Part shown: one piece after another, positions 1-8,162 of the stretch
Position numbering within the stretch: position 1 is the first letter of the stretch
Layout of the letters: each line of letters opens with the position of its first letter
Virus record (IMG/VR): IMGVR_UViG_3300037461_000212
Span: 1 to 27,171 of that record
Source: a virus
Taxonomy: Duplodnaviria; Caudoviricetes
Strand: one strand, 5' to 3'
DNA length: 27,171 nucleotides
Notes under the pieces: model-generated
Seen by the model: only the letters and a program-made list of their open reading frames with translations
Databases searched by the model: none
Told to the model about the DNA's origin: nothing
Program-made: the position numbers and the translations under genes

Positions 1-1312
1 TAGCTACCGCCCCGTGTTCAGCCTTCAGCGAATGTATCCATTGAAACCGCGCAGTTTGCCCTGCAATCGCCGCCGATGCCTGATCGACCTTTCGCGTCTG
101 GATCCACTGCAACAGAACAACCTGTCCAGAGATACTAACGGACCCTTGATCCGCTGTCAGCCTGGACGCGGCGGCAATTTTTGTGAATGAAGCATCTTGA
201 AAACTTATCGCAACCGATCCCGCTGCAGCCTTGATAATCTCAGTCCCGAACGTGACAACGTAATCGATTTGGAATGTTTCCTCAGCCGGAGCCCTGGCTC
301 GTATCCCGATACTAACAGGGGCTGAACTGTTCAACCTGACCCCTTCAGCAACGCCGCACTCTACCCAATTCCCCCCGCCATCCTTGTAATAGACGTAGAA
401 ATAATTTGATGCTTCGCGCTTGACCCGGAAGGAAACCACCGCCATCGGATCGACCGCCGGATTCGAGCCATACGGGAACCCACTGACACAATCGATCAGC
501 TTTATTTCGTTCTTGTTTTCAATGGGGTTGAAATTCTGGTAACCTTCGACGTAGTTGTCCGCATCGACCATTGCCAGGAACGCGCATTGATACTGTGCAG
601 AAGAAATCTCCGACGGGTAGAACGGACACAGTATGTCCGCAACAATATCGAACGCGCCGACGATGTTGTCCTGCAAGACCGTGGTGTTTGTTGTCGACGA
701 TGTCGTTATTTCGAGATAACCGCCCGTGACACTGACCGACCCCGGCCCTGAGGTAGCCCAATAACTTTCAAGGCTCGTGCCGCTGAACATGTCGCTTATG
801 AACGTAGCTTCCGGTTGCAGCTGACAGGCCTGCCCCGTTATCGCGACTGACCCCTGTGCCGCCACGATACTCAGCGCCCGCGTCATACGGTTCGCTTGTG
901 CGGTCACCTCAACCGATCCCTGCTCGGACTTGATCTTCTGATGCCACAGCGTGAGCGCGTCTTGCCCAGTGATCGCAACCGATCCCTGATCCGCGGTCAG
1001 TGTTTTTGCGCTTACAGGCTCCGTGAGGCTGGCGTCATGGCCCGTTATCGTGACCGAGGCCCGGTCTGCCGTAAGGTAGGCTGTACGGAACCAGAAATCG
1101 TCGGTTGTGTTTACCCACTTGTCGTCTGCTGCTACGAAATATGGGGGCGGGCCCTCATCCCCGAACGGCAAAGGTATCCAGTACCTGGACCCCATCGTGC
1201 GCTTGAAGTAGGTCGCAGACCTATGCGGAGGCCGCAGAGCATCAATGTCCTGTAATTTCCCCAGGTATCCTGCGACCGTTCTGAAACCTAGCCCTATGCC
1301 GTAAAAAAGCAT
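1..1312 (-). CDS. Partial tail-fibre-like protein with LTADQGSVAITGQDA-type repeats flanking a ConA-like beta-sandwich; truncated by window edge; absent from ORF track
   Basis: Manual translation from ATG at 1312 (MLFYGIGLGFRTVAGYLG...) stays open to position 1. Repeats include LTADRASVTITGHDA, LTADQGSVAITGQDA, IKSEQGSVEVTAQ, IVAAQGSVAITGQA, IKAAAGSVAISFQDA, LTADQGSVSISGQ. Central segment reads DMFSGTSLESYW...SFRVKREASNYFYVYYKDGGGNW. Starts 4 nt after the stop of the upstream gene. Confidence 0.75.
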   Translation of the reverse strand, partial: MLFYGIGLGFRTVAGYLGKLQDIDALRPPHRSATYFKRTMGSRYWIPLPFGDEGPPPYFVAADDKWVNTTDDFWFRTAYLTADRASVTITGHDASLTEPVSAKTLTADQGSVAITGQDALTLWHQKIKSEQGSVEVTAQANRMTRALSIVAAQGSVAITGQACQLQPEATFISDMFSGTSLESYWATSGPGSVSVTGGYLEITTSSTTNTTVLQDNIVGAFDIVADILCPFYPSEISSAQYQCAFLAMVDADNYVEGYQNFNPIENKNEIKLIDCVSGFPYGSNPAVDPMAVVSFRVKREASNYFYVYYKDGGGNWVECGVAEGVRLNSSAPVSIGIRARAPAEETFQIDYVVTFGTEIIKAAAGSVAISFQDASFTKIAAASRLTADQGSVSISGQVVLLQWIQTRKVDQASAAIAGQTARFQWIHSLKAEHGAVA

Positions 1313-1316
1313 TCCG

Positions 1317-2153
1317 TTACCCCGCGCACATTCTCAGCTGAACCATCGGCCCCCTAACGGTGGACCCTGAGTTCAACCCGACTATGGACAGAAACGGCCC
1401 CTCGCCTGATGTCGTGTCGATGTCAAGCTTCAAAATGCCGTCGATCTGCGCCGTCATGTCCCGCTCGACCCACGCATTGGCGGCGATTGTCGGCACGATC
1501 GCAAGCGGCTTGAAAATGAACAGGTCGACCGCGCCAGCCGTCTGTGCCGTCTGACACTGGACAGACGTTATTTGCTTCACCCCGTTCGGGCATCCTACGC
1601 CCATCCGCAAGTTTGGCATCAGCCTACCCTGCCCGCCTGCGGTCGCTATCACGCAGTTGATGCTGGTCGCCGTGCCTCCTCCGTCGACGTAATTGATGAC
1701 CATTGTACTGGCCGTGGTGAGAATGGTAGAAATCATCACTCCGATTTCGTGTGTTTTCCATGCCGTGCTGTTAAGTACCGTCGTGTTGTTGACGGTCACG
1801 GTTGATGACGAACCCATCTGCACCTGACCCCCGGCCCACAGCACCTCGACAAGACCGATTGCCCCCATCTCTGCGGCTGACAGCGATCCGACCCCGACAG
1901 TCAGCAGATACTTGCTGTCCCCGGAGGTCGCCGCTTTGACCGGTATCGCTCCTGCATCGGTCGCCGTGAGCCTGCTTCCACCGGCGGAGGCATTCCCGTA
2001 GGCGACCACGGATGTCGGCGTGCCAGGGAATTTCATGTATGAATACCAATTTCCCGCTACACCGACCACCGTGCCGAGTTTCTGGATCAGCGGATCGTCC
2101 GCCTTGCCTGCCGCCCTGCTCAGGATGATCCCGTCATAATTCGTGATTGCCAT
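1317..2153 (-). CDS. Hypothetical virion structural protein (278 aa, Gly/Ala/Thr-rich, no signal peptide)
   Basis: Strong RBS (AAGGAG) before the ATG; beta-rich composition; position among tail/fibre genes. Confidence 0.6.
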   Translation of the reverse strand: MAITNYDGIILSRAAGKADDPLIQKLGTVVGVAGNWYSYMKFPGTPTSVVAYGNASAGGSRLTATDAGAIPVKAATSGDSKYLLTVGVGSLSAAEMGAIGLVEVLWAGGQVQMGSSSTVTVNNTTVLNSTAWKTHEIGVMISTILTTASTMVINYVDGGGTATSINCVIATAGGQGRLMPNLRMGVGCPNGVKQITSVQCQTAQTAGAVDLFIFKPLAIVPTIAANAWVERDMTAQIDGILKLDIDTTSGEGPFLSIVGLNSGSTVRGPMVQLRMCAG

Positions 2154-2176
2154 GGTTTATCTCCTTCTCTCAACCG

Positions 2177-2593
2177 TTACGGCACAATTTTTAACCCTTT
2201 GACGCCAGAAGGTGCGACATAGTACACGATACCGAAAGGGCCAGCAGCAGCGCACACAAGCGGGTCGTTGCTCCATGAGGTCGTTGCGCTTGGGATGCCT
2301 ACTGTCTCTCCTGTGGGGTAGCGGATAGCCTTGACACCGACATAGTACCGGCCCTCAACCGAGAATGTCAGCACCGCCTCGGTAGTGGTTATCTCCCCGC
2401 CTACCGCCGTCCCGTTGCCTGTGGTGCCTACCCGTGTGTAGACCTGATACTTGATCGTGTCGGTTGTGGCGATCTTGGCTACCGCATCCCAGCCTACTGT
2501 CGCCTGATTTGCAGTGTACCATGTCTGCGCCATAGCTACTGACGCAAACGCCATTACGATGAACAACGCTGTCAGAATCTTTTTCATTTCCAT
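2177..2593 (-). CDS. Small exported fibronectin type III-like protein
   Basis: Sec signal MKKILTALFIVMAFASVAMA|Q; FN3-like pattern ATVGWDAV...IKYQVY...GRYYVGVKA; C-terminal APSGVKGLKIV. Start may be 2587. Confidence 0.65.
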   Translation of the reverse strand: MEMKKILTALFIVMAFASVAMAQTWYTANQATVGWDAVAKIATTDTIKYQVYTRVGTTGNGTAVGGEITTTEAVLTFSVEGRYYVGVKAIRYPTGETVGIPSATTSWSNDPLVCAAAGPFGIVYYVAPSGVKGLKIVP

Positions 2594-5500
2594 GTAGCTC
2601 CTTTCATTATTAGTCCTTTTGCGGATGGGGGTGTGGTGGTGCTCGTTGTCTCCTCAATCGTTATGCCATTATTCGTGTTGAAGTATATCGGATGCTGAGT
2701 GCCGTAGGGAACACCCTGCATCCAAGTAACATCAAGAGGTCCACCTCCATTGAACCATGTCTGATAACGCAGATGGTTTCTTGCACCTGTTCTGTCGCTT
2801 GCCTCATCGTAGTCATAAATGGTCGTCCAGTTGGTACCTCCATCCGTTGACCTAGCAACATGAAGTCTCCATGCGCTGTCTCCAACTTGGCTGTCATTTC
2901 TATAGGCTACATATATTGCGCCATCATCTCCCAGGGCAGACGATGGATCTGCATAACCACTCACCGTTATCGTGGCCTCTATGCAAGCCCACGATCCCCA
3001 AGTATCACCTGAATCAGTCGACTTCTTGTAGATCAATCCATAGCACGGGCTGCTAACCGCTGATTGGGCAAACAGATATAATGTACTCGAACCGTCCGTT
3101 AGAATATCAGGATTATTGCGATCATCTGTGCTGATCGCAACCGAGTTGCCTGTCCAGGTGACTCCACCATCTGATGACTTCGCAAAAAATATGTCTTGTG
3201 TAGTGTAATTCCGATACACAATAACTGGAACATTGCCACTTGTAACATCCATATGAGGTATGAAATAACTTCCTGCTACGGTTGGTGCAGCGACTGTGTA
3301 TGGATCACTCCAACTCACTCCGTAATCAGTAGAGGTTATTACATACAACCCATCAGGGCTGCCCCCGTGATATGCGACATATAGCTTCCCATTTGAGTCT
3401 ACCGTGGCTGCAACAGATCGGTATGCTCCACAGTCAGAAGCCGACTTTGACTTAATCAGAACAGGAGCGGCTGGAGTCCCACTGTATAAAAACTTCACCA
3501 TGTATATAGCAGTATTATTGTCGTAGAAATGGTAGACGTAGTAATCTTTCCCCATCACCAGCGCACCGCTGTATGACCCGTCAGTATCAATCTCTGTCCA
3601 TGTTCCAGATGCCCCGTTAGCTGTGGACCTATAGGTGTGGTCATAACTGGTAGATTCTGGAACAAGTGCAATCAGTGTATCACCTTCCCTTACCAATCTT
3701 CTATTGCCACTATCATAATGTGCATTGACAGCACCAGGGGAGGAGTTGATGGAAACTGGGGTAGGAATAAAGGTGTAATAGCTATTCACATACATTATAT
3801 CACTTGCAAAGTTCCCACTTGAATCGGTTGCGGTCACTGTGACTACATTCCTAGTACCCTTCTGCTTTATAACTACATTGTCAAGAGTTCCTACCCAATC
3901 ATCCGTAGTAAATCTTAAAAGCGGTTCGCCCTGACAAACAACAGTCGCACTATTTCGCCCATCTGGACTTGTGGTTATAGCCGTATAATAACCCTCTCCG
4001 GGGAATCCCCACTGGCTTAGATAGAGCGTTCCTGAAGTATGGTCAGAATCATACCAAACAGTATAGTTGGCGTATATGGTTATACTACCGATCTCCTGTT
4101 GTATGCTCTGATTTGTCGGAGTGCCAGCTGAAGCAGCCTTTCCATCCACCAACGTCCATCCTGCGTCCTCTGCCCAATTATCAAAAGTTGGGAAAGCCCC
4201 GTCTGTAACCAAGTCCGTTCCGTATTCAGATGCTAGAGGCGAAACGGTTATTGTCCAGGTGGCATTTCCGGTACAGGTGGCAGTGCCAGTTGTAGTAGTG
4301 CAAGTCGGGCAAGTCCAAGCTATCGTAGGCGCACCGCTGGCATCGTTGCACGTTCCACTGATGACTTGTGATGTTGTGTTCTCTATATTATAATAGGTCG
4401 TTTGTCCAGCTACAGTTGGAGATGTAATTGCAATGGTTGGAGGAGTGCTGTCACCTGCTGCTGAATAATTTACTGTACAAGCACTAATCCCACTGTCGAA
4501 GTCATTATCTGTCCCCGTAATGATAACATTGTTGGCCCCACTACTTAATGAAACGGAGCAAGTGAACGCTTCAGATGCTTCATCAAATGTTCCATCATCC
4601 GCAGTGCAAGCTCCGCTTCCAGAAGTCGTTAGATTCGACCAAGACACACTTAAGATTGTTCCATCTGAATCTGTGGCTGTTCCCTGGATAGAAAATGGTG
4701 TTGATGTTGTATTGGCCGGACAAGAGGCTGGAGTAGTGATTGATATAGTCGGTGGAACATTACCACCTACGTCTGGCAAGCCATCCCATATTTCTACATC
4801 GTCTATAGCATGAAACAATAAAGAGGCTGGATTATTCCCGCTAAAGTTGCCTTGTATTACAAAGCAATCAGTTATATCCGTTACTCCAAGAGATCCAGTC
4901 CATGACAGGGTTGCATTAGCCAGTGTTGGAGTAGTAACGTCATACCAGACATATATTGTGCTGGTGTTAATATTTACCATCATTGCAAGTTTATGCCATG
5001 CCCAATTATTTATGTCGCTCAAAACTCCTGTCCTGGCTCTAGTAGATCCATTAGCGTATATTGCCAATTTTCCGTCATAGGACAAATGGCAGTATATATT
5101 ATTCGTTAATGATCCGTCCGTATACCATCTGATAAATTTGGAATCACCTCTGTCTGACGGACTCAAAACCCAGTTGCTGTTTAGTGCAAAGAAAAATTGA
5201 ACATAATATATTCCAGTTGTAATGCTATCTAAATCAAAGGTGTTACCACCTCCCCACTGTCCATTCAATCCAACATTAAAATGATCGTTTTCATCCCCTC
5301 TTGTTATTCCTGCAACTGCGGGGTCTAAATTACAACAAGATGAATCGTTTCTTAAAAGAAAATAGCTTCCAGAGTGCGAAGTAAGATTCGTTTGTGAACC
5401 TGTCGGATCGTAAGCCGATACAACTTCTGAATCTGCCAAATGATCATTCCAATAACTTTCCTGTTCTGCGGATACTATATACCCCGGCGTAGTGTTTGCA

Positions 5501-5604
5501 TTTCCGGTCCAATCCTCCCAGCCATAATCTAACAATTTGGTTGAAGCACTGCACAGAGCAGGTAGGATAAGTATAAACAATAATAAGACAAGCAACTTTT
5601 TCAT
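2584..5604 (-). CDS. Large exported multidomain adhesin-like protein (1006 aa): ConA/LamG-like N-domain, two Ig-like domains, CBM-like insert, C-terminal Asp-box (BNR) beta-propeller
   Basis: Signal peptide MKKLLVLLLFILILPALCSA; WHKLAMMVN...IYVWYD...IDDVEIW (ConA-like); PPTISITTP...IQGTATDSDG and DSTPPTIAITSP (Ig-like); Asp boxes STDYGVSW, SSDGGVTW, STDSGDTW, STDGGTNW. Confidence 0.7.
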   Translation of the reverse strand: MKKLLVLLLFILILPALCSASTKLLDYGWEDWTGNANTTPGYIVSAEQESYWNDHLADSEVVSAYDPTGSQTNLTSHSGSYFLLRNDSSCCNLDPAVAGITRGDENDHFNVGLNGQWGGGNTFDLDSITTGIYYVQFFFALNSNWVLSPSDRGDSKFIRWYTDGSLTNNIYCHLSYDGKLAIYANGSTRARTGVLSDINNWAWHKLAMMVNINTSTIYVWYDVTTPTLANATLSWTGSLGVTDITDCFVIQGNFSGNNPASLLFHAIDDVEIWDGLPDVGGNVPPTISITTPASCPANTTSTPFSIQGTATDSDGTILSVSWSNLTTSGSGACTADDGTFDEASEAFTCSVSLSSGANNVIITGTDNDFDSGISACTVNYSAAGDSTPPTIAITSPTVAGQTTYYNIENTTSQVISGTCNDASGAPTIAWTCPTCTTTTGTATCTGNATWTITVSPLASEYGTDLVTDGAFPTFDNWAEDAGWTLVDGKAASAGTPTNQSIQQEIGSITIYANYTVWYDSDHTSGTLYLSQWGFPGEGYYTAITTSPDGRNSATVVCQGEPLLRFTTDDWVGTLDNVVIKQKGTRNVVTVTATDSSGNFASDIMYVNSYYTFIPTPVSINSSPGAVNAHYDSGNRRLVREGDTLIALVPESTSYDHTYRSTANGASGTWTEIDTDGSYSGALVMGKDYYVYHFYDNNTAIYMVKFLYSGTPAAPVLIKSKSASDCGAYRSVAATVDSNGKLYVAYHGGSPDGLYVITSTDYGVSWSDPYTVAAPTVAGSYFIPHMDVTSGNVPVIVYRNYTTQDIFFAKSSDGGVTWTGNSVAISTDDRNNPDILTDGSSTLYLFAQSAVSSPCYGLIYKKSTDSGDTWGSWACIEATITVSGYADPSSALGDDGAIYVAYRNDSQVGDSAWRLHVARSTDGGTNWTTIYDYDEASDRTGARNHLRYQTWFNGGGPLDVTWMQGVPYGTQHPIYFNTNNGITIEETTSTTTPPSAKGLIMKGATWK

Positions 5605-6413
5605 TCGTATGCCTTGCTCAAATAGAATTTATCAATATAAAAGGCAGCAGCATTACTGCTGTTATTACCAATTTCTATAAAATCAGGCTCTCCCCCCCAC
5701 GCAGCCAAATCAGTATTGTTTGACGCATAGGAATTTGCATTAAATAAGGTTCCCACTTCATCTGAATATACTCCGATAAAGAGATTCGGATCTCCTGTGT
5801 TTCGCCATTTGACTACGATATAATACCAAGTGTTCAAATCACCATCTAGTTCTGTAGTCGGAGCGTCTTTGTTAGGCACTTCTGTATCATTTTGTCTCAA
5901 AGTAAATTCAATATCGCTGTTCGATCCTCCTGCCATTGTAAGTCGTAAATAATCACTAGAAGTACCATATTCTGTAAAAAACACTTTTGTACCAGAAACC
6001 CATGTAGTTATATATATCCAGAACTTAATCGTCCCGGAAACCTCAGTGAGTATGTTTCTACTTGTATTCTCTACTTTGGCATAATCGGTTCCGTTTGCAC
6101 AGTAAAGCCCATACAATCCGTCACCTGTATGCTCCGCATCAGTTGAAAATGTGGCCCCTGTAAGCTCTAGAGTAGTGTCTCCATCTGAACAACCACAGGG
6201 GTCTCCTTTAGTTACATCAAGGTCGTTTTCAAAATGGGCTACAAATGATACATTTCCAGAACAGTCATCACAGGTCACACCCGCCACCGGCACACTCCCC
6301 AGCATCCACGGACTGAGCCGTGCCAGTTCAGGGCATGGAGCCTCCTCTACGCACTGCGCCCACGCCCAGGTGGGGACGAAGATCATGACAAGAATGATAA
6401 GTAGTCGTTTCAT
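5601..6413 (-). CDS. Exported LamG/ConA-like domain protein (270 aa)
   Basis: Signal MKRLLIILVMIFVPTWAWA|Q; SGTIKFWIY...LNTWYYIVVKW...FYIDKFYLS LamG-like pattern; Cys-rich N-terminus; ATGA overlap with the next gene. Confidence 0.65.
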   Translation of the reverse strand: MKRLLIILVMIFVPTWAWAQCVEEAPCPELARLSPWMLGSVPVAGVTCDDCSGNVSFVAHFENDLDVTKGDPCGCSDGDTTLELTGATFSTDAEHTGDGLYGLYCANGTDYAKVENTSRNILTEVSGTIKFWIYITTWVSGTKVFFTEYGTSSDYLRLTMAGGSNSDIEFTLRQNDTEVPNKDAPTTELDGDLNTWYYIVVKWRNTGDPNLFIGVYSDEVGTLFNANSYASNNTDLAAWGGEPDFIEIGNNSSNAAAFYIDKFYLSKAYE

Positions 6414-6422
6414 GTTTCCTCC

Positions 6423-7148
6423 CTATTGCCACGCAGTCGCGCCCATGCCAAGCGTCCACCAACCATCCGTACCGCCAGCATCCGCATCGGTCACGGCAAC
6501 TCCGCACCAATAATCACCCGCTGCGCCGTCGCTCGTAATCGTGACCCCTGCGCCCTTGGCCGCGCCTGCTATGAAGAACTTGTCTGCCGCGTCAAGGTCG
6601 ACTGTCGCCACCTCTGCGTCCCGGGCGATGATGCATACTGTCGTGCCGTAGCCCACATCAGATGCCTTCGGCAAGGTGGCCGTGTCTATCGTTGTCAGGA
6701 AGATCACACCGCTCCTGCACTCGGATGGCGTTATCGCCCTGGCTGATGTCAGTGTGGTCGGCGGAGCCGAACTCGCCATCGCCAAAAACCATGCGTAGTT
6801 CGCGTTTGGGTTCGTGTCCGGCTTCACAACATACGGCAAGGCCTCGCTGATCGCCCCGCCGTAGTCCCTGTAGACATAGGCAAACATTACAGTCCCATAA
6901 GTCGCATCGGCATTCAAAGCCACGAAAGCGACATCCCCCAGCGAAAGGCTGCTCCCGTCCGTCTTGTCAAGCGCACCTGTCCCGCCGCCGCTCAATGCCG
7001 AGTACGGTCTAAATGATGCCCCTGCTCCCGTGGCCATAGTCATCGTCAGCCGCTTCTCGATCGTGGAGATCCTTTTCTCCAGCTCCTTCGTGTCTGTGCA
7101 TGCCGCAATCAGAACCACGCCCGCTATAATCGCTAGTAACTTTTTCAT
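6423..7148 (-). CDS. Lipoprotein with fibre-like domains (paralog of 7600..8160)
   Basis: Start re-assigned to ATG 7148 (RBS AAGGGGG); lipobox MKKLLAIIAGVVLIAA-C; short coiled coil ELEKRISTIEKRL; ALSGGGTGALDKTDGSSLSLGDVAFV motif; C-terminal TATLP...SDGAAGDY...WWTLG beta domain. Confidence 0.65.
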   Translation of the reverse strand: MKKLLAIIAGVVLIAACTDTKELEKRISTIEKRLTMTMATGAGASFRPYSALSGGGTGALDKTDGSSLSLGDVAFVALNADATYGTVMFAYVYRDYGGAISEALPYVVKPDTNPNANYAWFLAMASSAPPTTLTSARAITPSECRSGVIFLTTIDTATLPKASDVGYGTTVCIIARDAEVATVDLDAADKFFIAGAAKGAGVTITSDGAAGDYWCGVAVTDADAGGTDGWWTLGMGATAWQ

Positions 7149-7158
7149 CTGTTCCCCC

Positions 7159-7599
7159 TTACATGAAAACAAACAGGATCGTGTCGCTCACCGGCGATGC
7201 TTTCCACATTCTGTTTTCAGCCGGTGTCGAATCCACTATGTAAATCTCGCCGTCGTTGCACAGGGCTATATTTGTCACATGGAGTTTACCGATACCGAGA
7301 AACTGGTCCCCAAACACATACCCTATGCTCATCGAGTGCCGTTCGGCTATCGGCAGATTGCCCGCCTTCCATTGAAGGTATCGTTTCCGTCTGCATTCGG
7401 CCAAAAACTGCAACGCGAAATTGTCGCAGTCGTTGAACTCGTCAATGAAATCCATCGTCGATACGTTGCTCGTTTCAAGCGCCTTCTGCACCGATTCCTT
7501 TGACGGCGTCCAGTAGGTCGTGTCCCACAGCCATATGTATTCAAGATCAGGCCATACCTTGATCAATGCATCCCTGATTTCCTGGCTCGTTATCTTCAT
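7159..7599 (-). CDS. Putative papain/transglutaminase-like cysteine protease (resembles the MOA agglutinin C-terminal domain family)
   Basis: DCDNFA helix-start Cys motif, followed by IGYVFG...LHVTNIAL and IYIVDS, giving a plausible Cys-His-Asp triad; no signal peptide. Confidence 0.55.
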   Translation of the reverse strand: MKITSQEIRDALIKVWPDLEYIWLWDTTYWTPSKESVQKALETSNVSTMDFIDEFNDCDNFALQFLAECRRKRYLQWKAGNLPIAERHSMSIGYVFGDQFLGIGKLHVTNIALCNDGEIYIVDSTPAENRMWKASPVSDTILFVFM

Positions 7600-8160
7600 C
7601 TATTCATTCCCCGTTGCTGTCCAATACTGGACGTTTGTTCCGTCGTAGCACTCCAACCTGTTATTGTCCTTTGCGTACCAGCACCTGCCATCAGCCCTGT
7701 AACCGGCGTCCAATGTTGCCGTGTTCGACATATCGATATAATGAGTGCCGTCCGCTGAACTGCTAGTGATCTGGGCAAGATAGAAGTTGACCAGATGCCA
7801 GGCCCCCGTCGCCCCGTTAGCCACAATACGAACCGGCGAATCCGTCGAATGCGTCCCGTCCGCATCGTAAACGTACAGGTACGCCGTCGCCACCTCCGCC
7901 GCCAGCGTCATCACGAAAGCCGCATCCCCGTCGGTCAGGGCCGCGATCGGTATCTGGTCCAGCCCGTCCGGAGCCCCCGTCAGCGCGTTCCGCCACCAGA
8001 ACTTTCTGGCCCCGGCCTGCTCCGCCAGCAGCATCGTGCTCGATGCCTTTGTTTTTGTCAGCTTTGCGACCTCGTTTCTCAGTGCAACCAGCTCCGAATG
8101 GCTCGCGCAGCCCGCCAGGAGCATCAAAACCAGGCCAAGGATCAACGATCTCACTCTCAT
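7600..8160 (-). CDS. Lipoprotein with fibre-like domain (paralog of 6423..7148)
   Basis: Start re-assigned to ATG 8160 (upstream AGGGAG/AAGG); lipobox MRVRSLILGLVLMLLAG-C; coiled coil ELVALRNEVAKL; ALTGAPDGLDQIPIAALTDGDAAFV motif; C-terminal GRCWY...NRLECYDGT. Confidence 0.65.
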   Translation of the reverse strand: MRVRSLILGLVLMLLAGCASHSELVALRNEVAKLTKTKASSTMLLAEQAGARKFWWRNALTGAPDGLDQIPIAALTDGDAAFVMTLAAEVATAYLYVYDADGTHSTDSPVRIVANGATGAWHLVNFYLAQITSSSADGTHYIDMSNTATLDAGYRADGRCWYAKDNNRLECYDGTNVQYWTATGNE

Positions 8161-8162
8161 CC

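Noticed and set aside
6423-8160. Lipoproteins as spanins or other lysis genes
   Set aside because: No holin or endolysin nearby, no nested i-/o-spanin arrangement, and the proteins are mostly beta-rich fibre-like domains.
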